Translations under genes and position numbers: made by a program
Notes under the pieces: model-generated
The model's input: only the letters and a program-made list of their open reading frames with translations
What the model was told of the DNA's origin: nothing
Databases searched by the model: none
Part shown: positions 40,950 through 54,859 of the stretch, piece by piece
Position numbering within the stretch: position 1 is the first letter of the stretch
How the letters are laid out: every line of letters starts with the position of its first letter
NCBI GenBank assembly: GCA_973895155.1
Contig: OZ316895.1
Span: forward strand, 17,278,170-17,342,169
Length of the DNA: 64,000 nt
Direction of reading: 5' to 3'
DNA from: Marsupella aquatica
Lineage: Eukaryota; Plantae; Marchantiophyta

Positions 40950-41331
40950 TGTGCATTGGAGGTGGGATTATAGGTGGATTCATTTCTTGGCCATTAGTAG
41001 GTGGTTGACTAGGACTCATTCCCGCCCTAAAGTCTTGACCTAGGGCCCAGGGGCTTTGTTTCTTGGGCGCCGGTGTTGCTCTGGCCTTTGCCGGTGTTCT
41101 TTTGCTTGCTGCTGGGTTTCGCCCCTTGCCCCCTATCTGGTCCTCGCCGTGGGGTTTCTTGGAGCCTTTTAATTGTGTAGTTTATCATGGTATGGAAGGA
41201 TGTGGTACTCATATATGTCATGTGTTTAATATAATGGTGTACTCATGAAAATAATGAGGTTTATCGTATGGACGAATGTGATACACCATGTATATGTTAT
41301 AATTTGATTTTGATTTGATTGATTGATTTGA
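40950..41331 (+). mobile_element. Probable LINE 3' end with (TTTGA/TTGA)n tail
   Basis: Segment ends in ATAATTTGATTTTGATTTGATTGATTGATTTGA. Confidence 0.4.
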
Positions 41332-42422
41332 TGCTGTGCATAGAAGGACCCGGAGTCTCGGTCTCGACGACAGGAAGCAGAGACGAAAGGCGCTTCACTC
41401 TCAGTCGTCCCCCGCCGCGAGACTGGGGCCGAGCACCGCCAAGGATGCGGCCTCCCCGTCCCTTCCCGTCCTCTCCCGTCCCGTCCCTTCCCGTCCCTCA
41501 CGACGCGGGTACTCCACGCCTCCCGACGGTCTTCTCGTTCCTCGTTGTTGTCGGGAGAATCCCATCCAGCTCGACCGATTCGTTTCACCCGCAGCTCTGC
41601 TCCATCGCGCTTTTGCATCCATTGGGATCGAGTCTGCCGTTTCGTTTCGCTTCTCGCCTCTGCGGCTGCGACTGCTCCTGTGCGAGCTCGGCAGGAATCG
41701 CTGTGAATTTCAGTCCAGGGATTGTCGAGAATTTCAGTGCATTGACTGCGTGTGTGTTGGCTGTATCCCGGTTCGTTGTCGTGTGGTTCCGTGGCTAACA
41801 GTAGTACAGTACTTGAGTACCTCGTTCTTGAGAATTATGGTGAAGTAGGTTGTGTTTGTTCGGGTATATCGTATCCGGTTCTCCTCTGGTTCAGGAGACT
41901 ACTTTCATTGTTTAGACACATAGTGCCGGAGTTTGGAGTGCGTTGCTGCTATGTCCCGGTGTCTCTGCGGTTTTGGAGGGCTATTTTATATCAGTTTCTA
42001 ATGCTGTTTGATTTTGAGGGAATATTGATGTTCTCGCGAGCAGTGATTGACATTCTTCTCTGTGTTTTAGTCTGTGTTTAGGCTAACAACAGACCTGGAA
42101 GGATATCGTGTGTCCAAACCATTTCTAGAATCGTTCGCGGGTTTGCCTGAATACTGCAGAGTAGAGGAGAGTGTGCCATTTCCGCTGCTCATCGTTTGTA
42201 GTTCTCCTGCTCGACTTAGGTCACGAGTGTCATACTTGCGGCGGTGGTTCTACTCTGTTGCCCCTTCCCCTAGCAGTCGCCAACACAGTTCAATTTTGAG
42301 TCAAACCGGCTCCGAGTTTTTTCTTCATTACAGAGGCTCCATCCCGCCCGTCTTCGGTTCTTGTCATCGCCTTCGCTTCTGTCGATATTTCTGTGTGTGT
42401 AATAGCTCTTACGGTTGTGAAG

Positions 42423-42866
42423 ATGCAAAACGTTACAGAAGCTCCACTGTGCCGAGGCGACTGCGCTCCTCTGAACGGCATTTCGTGTCTTGCTTGTAAA
42501 GAAGCCCAGCCGAACGCTGTGTACATTTACTGCGAGAGCTGCATAAACAGTGGAGTGTCGAAATTGGAGTCAGAAGCGATTGCAACTCCTAGTCTGGAGC
42601 CTGAGCTGGAAGCTTTAAAAAATGTGCTGAAAAAGAGAAAGGTGCAGTTTATCACCGAAGAAGCTTCACTGGAGCGATCTAATTGCGCTCCTCTTGGGAC
42701 TATTTGTTGTCTCTCTTGCAATGAAGCACAGCAACAACCGGTTAACATGTACTGCCAGGACTGCCTTCATGATGGAGCTGGCGGAACGACAACTAAAAAT
42801 CTTGACCTGGAGTTGCAAGCATTGAAGGAAGTGCTGATGAGGAGAAAATCTCAAGCCAACTCGTAG
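42423..42866 (+). CDS. Orphan 147-aa protein with two tandem Cys-rich (CxxC-x11-CxxC) modules, each followed by a helical basic motif
   Basis: Intact ORF from ATG 42423; internal duplication visible; GC-rich 5' UTR-like region from ~41400 and an acceptor TTTAG| at ~42081. Confidence 0.7.
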   Translation: MQNVTEAPLCRGDCAPLNGISCLACKEAQPNAVYIYCESCINSGVSKLESEAIATPSLEPELEALKNVLKKRKVQFITEEASLERSNCAPLGTICCLSCNEAQQQPVNMYCQDCLHDGAGGTTTKNLDLELQALKEVLMRRKSQANS

Positions 42867-45050
42867 AGTTCGCCAAGTGAAGTGCTCTATCGTTCGCTTG
42901 CTAATTGCCATAGAGGTTTATCCTAAGTTTTCGTGTTCAGAGGTCACTTACAATTAGGGCCGAGATTCTGTTCATATTTGCAAGAAGCCATCCTCGGGCA
43001 GTATTTTGTGCTGTAGTGTCGACCTTATGTTCATCGGGTCAGTTGTCTATGTGGTCAGATCTCATCTCACCTATGTACATAATCCAGTCTTTCTAGGCTA
43101 TGGGTGCCACATTTGCAGTTACTCTGGGGGTTATCATGTACGATACTGTACCGTATGAAGTCCTACTGTGAAATTTACATGATGGCATGAAGAACAGTCG
43201 ATGCTTCTGGCATTGATGACAAAGCTTCGTATTATCGTGTGGACCTCAGCCTTGTTCCATATATTCTCATATACGCACGGTATGTGCGTCGGCCATCAAT
43301 TATGTGTAGATTTGCAATGCCCACTGCTGGGATTTTAACGGTGGTATAATCATCAGTTCGATGCTATGTGCCCTGCTTTTTGCTTATTCACTTGACGGAT
43401 TGTCCTAGAACCTAATTTGCTACTCTCCGAAATTCAGCCTTTCTGAAGCAGAGGAAAGCTATTACTGTAGCACTTGCACAGAAGCGTTTCATGCCAGGAA
43501 AGGATGTTGTTTGATTTGTGCCAGTCCCATGGACTCGGTGTGGGAACTGCTTGAATTTCACGAGGAGCAGATTACTTGTAAGCTGGATTTCTCCCAGTCA
43601 CTTAGAATCAACAGGAAGGAAACCTCGTTAGAATCCAAAGCTTTGGTATACGTGTGTGAGAGCTTGAAGAGAGCCGCAAGTCTTTTCTGTTGTGCGACGA
43701 GCGATTCTCCAGGCGATTCCCAAGCTCGCTACATGTGGATGAGTTCCCAATCTGATCTCTCAGGTACGAGTTTAGAGTGAAGGTCATTGTCCACGAGAGT
43801 CAAGGTCGTATCTGGCGAAGCCTTGCGGTCATGAACCTTAGTTCTCTAACGAATCGGGCGATATTCTATCAGAATCGAGTAGTAAGTGTATGCCTGTAAG
43901 CTTATTCCAAGTCCGTCAGTAGGTTCGCATATGTCGTTTCGACGGTTTCGAGCCAATGGAAGCTGCGTGGAGATTCTATATCTCACTATCTCATCTCAAA
44001 AGGTGTAGATCAATTTTCTCGCATAGACCAATTTGGTGGACAACGTCGGGAGTTCTTTGGGGGAAATTGGTCCAGTCTACATCGTCGACACCTTTTCTCT
44101 GGCATAGACCAATTTCTCTCACAATGCTTGTGAGGATGTGTCTAGCCAGTTGTTGGTTGTGGTATTTTCGGATATAATTAGACATGAAGGGATCTGTTTC
44201 TGCAAAATGTTTAGAATATTTACTCGTATTAACTTTTGAACTACGGTAGTTCTGCTAAAGATCACGTTTTCGATTGTGATGTCACCCATTTTCTCCCTCG
44301 AATTCTCAGGCTGACGTGGCAGCATTTTCCAAGTGTCGTAGTTTATGGTGAGAAGGTCTCAATTTGGAGGTCCAGTGCAATTGTCTTTCTAAAGTTTTTC
44401 GTTAATCAGGTTACATTCCCAGCTCATGATACCTTACTTTGCACAAAGGTCATAGATGGCGAAATGATCACGAATATCCAGAATGTTATGCAGTCATCTT
44501 GCCTAGCCACATCATGTCAGATTCCACTCCGTCATGTCGTACAGTTTCTGTTCCGTGAGAAGATGATCTGCATCCATATTTCAGTCGATTTATAGGATCT
44601 GCACATGGACCAGATGTCTTATAGATGTGGCTCCAAGTTGTAGGGAAGGAAAGTTGGGAGGTGCATACTTTCTTCACATGTTATCGGAGGCCGCTATCAG
44701 GTACATACTTTCTTCATGTGTTACTTAAGCCCACTGTCCCAGTAAACAATTAGCTGAATATCGGGAACCCACTGCCAATTAGTAAGTTCCTAACTGGTTC
44801 GCCACTTGGAAACCAGAATTCCATACTACTTTCTTGAATTTCAGCTATGTACTAGGGTTTTCCATAAACTCTAGGGGAGATGAAATCACGTTTTGGTCCC
44901 TTTTGGTGAGTTATCAACTGTAGGAGTCGACAGTACCGATGAAAAGCACTTTTGGGGCCCGTTGGTGAGTTGCCATAAAGTCTCCTCCAGGAAGGAAAAT
45001 GTAAAAAAAAACCGACAGGGAGATGTACACACTGCCACTGACCCTTTGTA

Positions 45051-45555
45051 GAGCTCCCCAGCGAGAAGCTTAATCGTTCACCAGCTTGGTCCTCCCCTGC
45101 ACATATTGAGGCGCCCATTGTCGAGCTCCCCAGCTAGAAGCCTAATCGTGCACTAGCTTGGACCTCCCCTGCACATTTTGAGTCCCTCGGAGAACTACTG
45201 TAAAAGTCTACATTCTCTCCCTAACCTTGCCAGGAACCAAAACGAGTTTCACCTCTAGTCTCACCCCCGTGTTAGTACGATGAGAGAATGATAAGTTTCA
45301 CCTTCACCTTCAGGGAGCACTGCAGACCACTTGTCTCACCCCTGTGGTAGTACCAATGAGAGAATTCTAAGTTTCGCCTTCACTTTTAGACAGAACTGCA
45401 AACCACCACTTGTCTCACCCTTGTGGTATAGTCCATGAGGGCATTCTAAGTTTCACCTTCACAGAACTGCAAACCACCTCTAGTCTCGCCCCTGTGTTAG
45501 TGCATGAGAGAATTATGGATGTCACGTTCACTTTTAGGCAGAAATGCAGACCACC
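45051..45555. repeat. Tandem repeats (72 bp x2; ~75 bp x4)
   Basis: GAGCTCCCCAGC..AAGC.TAATCGT twice; TCTC(A/G)CCC..GTG.TA...ATGAG four times. Confidence 0.85.
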
Positions 45556-46674
45556 TGCCCTTGATGGCAAGAGTACTTTTTTGGAAAGATGATTCTGTGA
45601 GGGGAATCTCTGACTTGTTGCCCACACGTTGACTCAGTCGCTAAAACGCAAATTCGTGTGGGTTTGATTTTGTCAACCTTTCTTTGTGGACTAATTGTGA
45701 GCTTTTTCATTTGTTGACTAGATCAAATGTGGGGCTAAGTGATGAGCTGGTCAATCAAGCTTGTACATATCATGCTTCCAAAGAACAATGTATACCATTA
45801 AGCTCCACACAAAGGTGAAAGGAAAGCCCAGATAGACACAAAGGATTTACAAGTTGCTCTGATGGACTCACATAACCCTGCTACTAGGCACCATAAAAAC
45901 ATTCAATTATACTCCCACAACACACTATATATTTTTCTCAAAGTACTTTGCTATTATTTTGCTACACTATGCTTGAAACAAGGGGCCTTTTGCTAAGCTA
46001 GTGAAAGGTGCTGTCTGTATTCAAATTGACAAAAAATGACTTGCCTAATCCCTCTACAGATCTCCCGAGAGTTGGCAAGGTGAGATGCTATTAATATGAC
46101 CTTGTTCTCCAAAGTTGTTTATTACGGACCCCACTAGAGGTTCCTTTCAAAATTTGAGACTCCACAATGTGCCACGTTATCATGACGTGCTCCAAACAGG
46201 TATGGATTGGTTTACAAAATAAATTTACTTCACCGTTCGTGTTTGTGGCTGGATTTTGGTAAATTTGAGGACACCATGCCGTAAACCTTGATGTAAAATG
46301 TTTGAAAAATAACCATTTTATTTACCCTAGGTAACAAACTGTTCAATTAGTAGGAGGCCCACATTCCGTGTTTTTTACCCTGAGTAACCGCTACCCATCT
46401 GCATTCTGAATTGTGTTTCAATTGAATAATAACTAAATCTCTCTCAGCAAGTTGATCTGATGACAAAGTAATCGTGGCAATTTTCTCGACCTTCTATTGC
46501 CACAAAGGAAGAAGTGGACATGATTCTATGTTGGATCACTCAGCACTCCTTTCCATGGCGTCATCATTGCTGTTTCTAACTCGGTGATGCCTCTGCTACT
46601 GTTAGATTGTCCAACGAGGCACGAGCGAACGAAAGAGAAGCAAGCTTAGTCGGGTTCAGTAAGGGCCTCGTCTA

Positions 46675-46796
46675 CGTGCAGATGGTATTGAAGAGCCTGG
46701 GCATGAAAGAAGGACATAGTTATAAGAAATGTCAACAGATGATCAAGGGAGTCGATGCGGACGGCAATGGGAAGGTGGACTTTCAGGAGTTCAAGG
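46675..46796 (+). pseudogene. Calmodulin-like (CML) C-terminal EF-hand fragment
   Basis: VLKSLGMKEG...CQQMIKGVDADGNGKVDFQEFK; N-terminal EF hands absent. Confidence 0.75.
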
Positions 46797-49700
46797 GGTC
46801 CACGAACTAATTAAGTTCTTTAAACCCCTATTGTCTTAAATTTGTTCAAGGACCCCTTGCTTACACAACATTGGTCAAGTTAGAGCACATTAAGAGTTTG
46901 TTTGTTATGCAAAAAGAACCAAACATAAATAATTATGCTTGGGGCAAGACAAAGGAAACAATATGTTTGAGCAAGACCAAAGAAAACAATTAAACCTAGT
47001 AAGTGTAAAAACAATGTAAATTTGAAAAACAATATTTCAAATAAACAAAGAATGGGTTATAATTGAGATATCATCCAATAAATTGTATGAGTTTTATCTA
47101 TATTCTGCAATTTTTTGAATTAACCATGGGTAGAGAAAAACTCTTCAACTATTGTAACATTTATCAAGGTAACATGAGAAACCCTTCCGCTACTATGGAC
47201 AGAGGGATACCAATACTATGGACAGAGGGATACCAAGAGAACATAAGAAACTTTAGATGACTATGGATGAAAGAATGAACATAAGAAACCCTTCAACTAC
47301 TATATTTTGCATAGGCTGTATGATGTGTGACATAGACTCTGTATGATTAGTGTGTGACATAGACTCTATGGACATAGGAGTACCAAGGGAACCGTGTACT
47401 TACATGTACTACTACCATGAATAATCTACTCTTTTTTCTGTCTCATCTCCATATTCAAACCTATTCTTGACCAATAGTGCTCATGTGGTTGCAGTGCTTC
47501 CAGGAATTTTGTGATGAGCTTAATTCGATGGGGGGGAGTCCATAATGAACACAAGACCCTGTCCTTCTATAATTGGGAGTCCTAAACTTCCAAATTTGAT
47601 GGACCTTAACCTAGTTGTTAAGGTAAAGGACAGAAACTTTACAGACTACTAAATTCATGATAGATAACTTTGGTCATGGAAGATTTGTCAGCCATGACCA
47701 TAAGTCACTCTAGAGGCTAGTGAAAAACAAACAAACTTTTAAATGACCCTGTGAAAAAGCTATGATAGCCAAAAACCATCATCCCTAACTATGAAAGGCT
47801 AGTGAAAAATAATCAACTTTTACATAACCCTATGCAAAGAAACTACGCCTTGATTTAAAGGAAATAAACTACATCTTGACATAATCATGAAACTGTCTTT
47901 TATTGGGGCATTATATCCCACAAGACTTATCCTATACTCAATTCCCTTAGTAAATTTTCTCTTTGTATTTTTCAGGGCATTCTGGGAACAGAACACCCCC
48001 CCCCCCCCCCAACAAAATCTGGATCACCTCTTTAGGAAGATTCTCCTCTACTTCACAAAATTTGAAAAAAGAAAAAATTTCTCAGGCCTTTAAGTGTACT
48101 AGTAAGGTCCTGCTTCTGGACAACTATGGGCAATAAGAGTCCCTCAAAACTTGAGTTGAAGCTTTTGTTAATTGGGAAGCTTTTCTTAATTCTGTACGGA
48201 ATGCAGGTTACGAGCATGTAACAATTTTGGGATGGGAGGCACCTGATATTCCTATAATCTGTTGCCCAGTAATAACATTTTTGTGTGTGCAGAAATTAAG
48301 TACTATAGAGGAGGTCTGGTCTGGGGTAGTAGCCTCCAAGATAGCTCAGAAAACCTTTCCAATTGCTGCTATTTGGGTTTTCTTCACTTTATGGTCATAT
48401 GGTTACACCCTGGTAACCCAGAACCTCCATTATCCTATATGTTTTTGGGGGCATTATCCTAAACTATAATACACAGTTGCGCCAAAAATGGTGTGATCAT
48501 CATTCAAATTTGGAGTGTCCTTTTGCGTGAGAAAAATTCAAACCTGTAAATATGGACTAATAAAAAGAAGAAAAAAAAAGGGAGAGGGAAATGAAGAAAC
48601 CAGGTACTGGCCCGGTATCTGGTGGCCCGGTATCCGGTGCACAAGGCAGGTACTCACAAGGCAGGTACTATTGTACCTGCAGGTACAAACATATGAACTC
48701 ATTACCCTTGGGAGCCTCATCAGGTACAAGGTACAAAGAATAGAGGTCATGTATGGAGGTACAGTTGTACCAGCAGAGTACAACTTTTCAGTGAGAGTGA
48801 GGAGCGTAACTTCTTTCATTTTGGAGTTTTGAGCTCTCTATTCCAAGCCTATGTGAACTCATAAGGGGCTCCTGCATTTAATGGGGGCTTTTAAGCAACA
48901 ACAACTTAATGAAGAATGGCCACTAGAGGGAGAGCAATGAGAGGATGAGGGAGAGTGACAAGGAAGCTACGATGACTCCTGAGACCCTTGCCCTCGCCTG
49001 GATCCAAACAACTAATTTTTTCCTTGGAACAAACAACTTATTTTTTAGGTGCAAACTTTTGCCAAATTACACCTCCCCAAAATGTGCTCACCACTTTTCC
49101 CGCCACTTTTGCCAAAAAATATTAACTTCTATAATAAACAGTTGCGCGCATTTTTGCAGTGGTCGTCGTTTTAAATTACCGGGGTTTTTTGGGTGACAAA
49201 AACCAGCACCGGGAAAAACGGAAGCAATAATTAGACCAAAAAAATCAGTTGCAGGGCTGCACGGCACTCTCTCCCTAGCGCTCCCATTCTCCCAAAGTTG
49301 CGGCCACTTTCTCCCTCCTTGGCCCGACTTGGAGCCGTTAAACACTAAACCCCCCACGTCCCGATGACGCCCCTTCTTTTGGTGCCTGGCCCTTTGCATC
49401 CCTCCCTTGGGCGCCCCTACTCCAACATCCCAACTCGCCAAGACACGGCCGTCAGCCCCCCGTCGACCAACGCTTGCATCCTACTCGCCCTCCCCCGCCT
49501 GGACCAACTTGCCTCCTCGACGCCTGACTCCTTGCCTCGACTCCCGACCAGGCTGTCACACCATTCTAGGTAGTGTTAGAGTGTATCATACTATCTAGAT
49601 CTGTATGTTTGGTATGTGTGCTATATGAGCCGATAAGGTTCCGTTAGGTTTGTGTGAGAGGGTACTTCTCTCTTGTGAGGCATTGAAAGGTTATCTTTCA

Positions 49701-50903
49701 ATGTTGAGCCGTGGAGAGGAGAGCTTTGTGTGGTGGCTATGGTGGCTGAGAGCTCTCTCTATGTAGCGTGGGGATTCCTTGAGTGCAAGGTGCGTTGGCT
49801 CGACATATGTGTGTGATCGGATCGGACGAGATTGAGTGCGTATTGTTGGCGTTGATGGTTGTTCCAATTGTATTGAGATTACATTGAAAGATCAGGCATC
49901 GAACTTTGCTGTTGTTGGACGGAGCTTCGATTTTCAGTTTGATTGTGTTTGGCGACGGTTCGTGGTATCTCGGATCATGCATCGTATTACTTTGATTGGA
50001 GCGCCGGTATGTGGATCCAAGTTGAGATCGTGTGAGTTTGATTATTGAGCAGATCTGGAGTTGGAGGTTCGGCAGATCTGTAGCCTGTATGCACAAATCT
50101 GTCCATAGGGTGCAAATCGTTTGTGTTCCTTGGTTGCAGATCGATGTTTTGAGTTGTATCGATTGGCTGCAAGCAGATCAGGGCGGTAACGTTCTATCCT
50201 GTGAAGCGGTGGCTGTTTTCTGTGAAGGAAACAATGTTTTGATGGTGCCATCGGTTGCAGATCTGCGAGTGCGCGGTTGCTATCTAGTTCGTCCGTATGC
50301 AGATCTGCGAGGCGCGGCCGTATTGTTGTCTAGTTCTTCCGTAGGGTGATTTGTGCGGACCGCGTTTGGTGTGAAGAAAGCAACTGTCCGCTGCTGCATA
50401 TGTTGCTGATTTTGTGCTCGGCTAAGTGTTGGTTGACGCAAAGTTGAGTTGCATTTCTTTGAAGACGTGTTTCTTTGAAGGAAACTGAGGGACTGAGTCC
50501 CGAATGTTGCGAGATTTCAACTGACGCTCGCTGCAGATCTGCATTTTGTGAAGATAGTATGTCGATGCGGTGGCAGCATCTATGGATACGAGGCAGATTG
50601 TTGCTGCGACAGACTGTACTTTGCCACATCGCCGATGTGCATTTCTGCGAAGGGAAATAGAGGGCGGAAGTCTAAATGTTGTCGAAACCCAAAGTCACAT
50701 CCGGCGTAGCGAAGCGTTGCGGGTGTGAAGGGCTCACTCTTTGGCTCATCTTGGCGTTTCGAGGCAACTCGTGGTTACTCAGGACGAGGGGCGTGAGGGC
50801 GGAGCAAGAGCGGGTGGGCCAGCAAGCCAGCTTGCTGGTAAGTGAGGAGTAGTTGCAAGCTATTGATTTTGGAGCGGCCAATTTAGTGCATAACTACAAG
50901 TGA

Positions 50904-50957
50904 GAGGTCACCCATCCCAAAACTATTCCTTCCCCACGCGCTTAACTATGTGGTTCT
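50904..50957 (-). pseudogene. 5S rRNA-derived internal promoter segment (A box to C box)
   Basis: Minus strand AGAACCACATAGTTAAGCGCGTGGGGAAGGAATAGTTTTGGGATGGGTGACCTC versus plant 5S AGAACTCCGCAGTTAAGCGTGCTTGGGCGAGAGTAGTACTAGGATGGGTGACCTC (recalled consensus). Confidence 0.7.
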
Positions 50958-51708
50958 TAAGTGCTTTTGTGTACACACACTCCTTTCCACTTTGAAGGGA
51001 GCACTTAGGCATTTTATACATATTCTGGTTTGTTTAAATTGTCATTTTGGACCAAATCATAAGCTCTCTAAAGGTTTTTGATGCTTCTGAATCCATCTAG
51101 ATGCATGGATTGAACCAATTGTGCATGGATCCTTAGCTACGACATTGAACGTTGAGAGGCCTATTATGAAGGCCCTACATTGAATATTATGAACATTGTT
51201 TGATTGATGTATGATCACTGCTGATGTGGAGAGTTATTGTGGATCTCTTCTTATTGATTGGATCCTCTCCATATATGCTTCCTGTTTATGCACCAGGTTA
51301 GTTTGGCGTGAGCACTTGATTCTATAGGAGTGATCCGGGTTTGCAACCAGACATTCTAGTTGTGCTACGTATTTCTCTCTTGGTGATGTTGGAGTGATGC
51401 CCAACACACCATGGTGAGTGCTTGTGTTGCTGACAAGGATAAATTGCCCTTAGGATTAGCATATAGATTAGGTTAGGTTGGTCACCACGGATTCTTCTGG
51501 TGCTACTGGGTTACCCAATGGACGACGGACCGGTTTCACGCGGAGTGGGGCACAATTTTGGCCAGCAACATTGGTAGCAGTCAGCAGCACAGCTTTAGAC
51601 AATGATTCTAGCGAGGACTCTGTGACCAGTTCTTCTCATCATTAGGTGATTGCACCTTTGTTGTGGGATATGGAAGAGACGTATGGGGCTACAAAGGGCC
51701 CATGACAA

Positions 51709-52340
51709 TACTCTGGTGCAATTGGCATGATTGATCTGGATGACTTCATCCAGGATTTTGATACGTGGTGCGATATGTAGACATTGCGTAACGCCACGTT
51801 GTTTACCCCTTTCATGGCATGGAAGAGATTATTTTAACATTTAGAGGGGCCACCCATGGATGACTACCATGACTTCCGGAAGGCTCATTTGGTTGAGATT
51901 GAGGTATGGAGGCAGCATTGGTCGCCTAATTACGTGTCCATCACCTATGGCACTAGTGCGGCTGCTCAACCCATTGTCATAGTTGCTGCTTCTTCTAGCA
52001 GCACTAGCCAGAGTGACACACCATCCACCTCAATATGATGAATGAGAAGGTGGTGACTTTTGGATTTGCCAAAGAAGCACCAAAGGCTGCATCTACATCC
52101 ACACCATAGCCTACTGCACGAAAGAGCCAAAGGGAGAAGCCTACTGCACAAGAGTCTACCAGCCAGAGACCTGTCAGTGCCCTCTTACGCTGGACAAGTC
52201 AGGATGTTGGACCTGTGGTGGGGATCATGCACAGAGAGATTGCCCAGATCATAGAGGATCAAGGGGAGCATCAGCGCCTGATCAGCGACAATGTGATCAT
52301 TGTAGAGCTCCTGGACACACCAAGGATAGGTGTTTCTCAC
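51709..52340 (+). pseudogene. gag: Gag with two zinc knuckles
   Basis: LDDFIQDFDTWCDM*...HLEGPPMDDYHDF; CWTCGGDHAQRDC (52205-52243) and CDHCRAPGHTKDRC (52292-52333). Confidence 0.85.
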
Positions 52341-52699
52341 TCCATCCTGAGTTACGGAGAGGAGGACCCCGTACACATGATCAGGGAAGAGAAGGCGGAG
52401 GTAGAGGTGGTGGGACGTGGTCGTGGCATGCCACATGCAGGGAGAAAGGGAGGTGACGCTGCCCCTGTTGTAACCATAGATCCAAAGGATGCTAAGATTG
52501 CTCAATTGGAGCAACAGCTAGCTTCCATGGCTAGTTCCTAGGTGAGACCTATTTTGGGTGATGGGGCATCTACATCCTACGGACCTTCCACATCCCATGG
52601 TCCTTCCACATCTTATGGAGCTGATGGAGACCTTGCCACCATGGGATTCATGTGTGGCACTACGCATATTGATGCATCAGCAGCTTTGACACGAGTGGT

Positions 52700-54290
52700 G
52701 GCCCTCCCACCACGTGCCCGTCCAAACTCGTTTCTCAGCCTTGAAACAAGTTGAACCTTGCACTAACACGGAATGTTGGGGCAAGTTCTCTCCGACTATA
52801 CTCCTTGTCGTTAGCAACCCCTCCCATATGAAGCTGCACTTGCCCTCGTCAGCACAACCGTCGCTCAACGGTCTTTGCTATCTGTACAAGCAATCAACCA
52901 ACTGGTAAGAACCCGTCTTGATCTTGGAACTCCCAAGACCATTATCGTGCATCAAGCTCAACAGTCATTATTAAGTAGGTCAGCGGATAGAGCCTCCCAG
53001 GCCCGCATGGCCTTGCCATAAGCTAAAACTAAGGTCGGCATCATTGTTCGTCTGGAACAGTCTATCTACCAGATGTCGCCCAAGCTTCCCCACTTTATAC
53101 CCGTCAATGGCTGACCGCCCTGCCTCCAGGACATGCCCATGGCCCAAACTTAGTTTTTCACAAACTAGTAGTAACACGTCGGGACCATTCGATTTCTAGA
53201 TCTTAGCCACCTCTCGGCAAAACCGGATTCCGCTCAACCTCTCACCATGCATTGGGACCAGATCTCAACGACAGCCCCCAGAGTCTACTTGGTTCTACCT
53301 CTCCAACATCAGGTCCCCGTGGGAACCAAATGCGGTCTGGTCACTGTTCAACTTTGGATCGGCAAGAGGGACTCCCCCCATTGCAAGCCTCAAAACCAAA
53401 ACCATCCAATGCACAATCAGAGAGCACCATGAGGTAGCCTTCTTCATTAGCTTTCCAACGAGCCCAAGAACTCCCCCAACGGAGATCCGGTCGTCGAGTT
53501 ATGCTTGTTTCCGCTTCAAAACTCGAAACGATATATCTTCGTCGATCGCGATCAGCTCGAGCTCAAACTTGAGAGGACCACTCCCCTCATATATGATTCT
53601 GGGGACCTGCCACCCCGGACCAACTTTGGTCCCCTATCTTTGGCCCCCTACCCGAGGGCCCGTGGGCCCCGTCACTTAGCTCGAAATGAAGATAATCGAA
53701 AACCTTCCGTAACTTGGCCTTGAGCATAAATTGTGGCATAGGGGGCTAAAAGTTACGGCCCTAACCCGGCTCTGGTCCAGGCAACCCCCTCTTGGTCCAT
53801 CGATGCACGGCGACTCTAATCGAGTCTAAATCGGCCATAACTTTTGGCCCCTAGGTCCGTTGGCCAAAAAATATGCGGCCCCATGATCGGGCTCATGTGG
53901 GGCTTCTTGGGCCCCTATGGTGATCCGTCGGAAAAATAGTTCATTTTTCCATGATTGGCAACTGACCCAAACTACAAGTATGCGGCTTGAGTTGGCCATA
54001 ACTTTTGGCCCCTCGGTTCGTTGGCCGAGAAACATGCGGCCCCATGATTGGGCTCATGTGGGGCTTCTTGGGCCCCTATGGTGATCCGTTGGAAAAATAG
54101 TTCATTTTTCCTTGATCGGCAATGGGCCCAATAGAGTTAAATTGGAGCGCGCTTTTTTTTAGTCTTGTCCTTGCTCTTACTAGCCTCCTCTTTGTTAGTC
54201 GCATCCCTAATGGCCATGACGGTAGTAAATCTAAGAGGGGCTCAACGTTGGAGTTAGGCAACGCCGGATCAATTACAAGTAGGTGAAAGT
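52700..54290. mobile_element. Nested foreign insertion(s) in gag-pol, including a 161-bp-period duplication (53833-54121) and an inverted motif at 53740-53761
   Basis: Interrupts pol-like coding; GGCCATAACTTTTGGCCCCT repeated and present inverted. Confidence 0.6.
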
Positions 54291-54859
54291 TGTATTCGCG
54301 ACTACACGTGGGGCAGCCAAAGCTCTTGAGCCCCGGGGAGCAGTAGTGGAGCTAGATCCACAGAGAGGGGATGCACGTCGGCAGACAAAGCTTCCTCACT
54401 CTTTCACATAGTCAGAGACAATGCAGACTGCCTCTATGAACCCGGTTCAGACAAACCCTAGTCGGGGTAAGTTGGCAAAATCAGGTAGTGATGAAGTAGG
54501 GGTGACAGGTACCCTGCTGGGGGCGGCTACTACCAACTAGCGCACCCCATTATTTTCAGTGACAAACATGCTGAACTTGGGAGTTGGTCCTGCAGAAGTG
54601 TTCAGATTGGCAGCTATACTTTGTGAGACAGGACACTCCAGTTGTTGCTTCCCATGCAGAAGCAACTTGTAGGGTTGAAGCAGTGAAGACCATGCCACCT
54701 ACTGCTACTACTGAGACATGGCATGCAGCAGCATGGTTGGTGGTTTTACCAGCACGCCCTGCAATTGAGAGCACTAGTTTTAAACCTAGTGTTGTGTCAT
54801 TGGATAATCGGAGTGGTATCTTTTGATTATCCAATGGGCCTTCTGGAGCAGTATACCAG

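Noticed and set aside
43500-44700. Coding-like fragments on the minus strand
   Set aside because: Multiple stops and no recognisable motif; cannot support a call.
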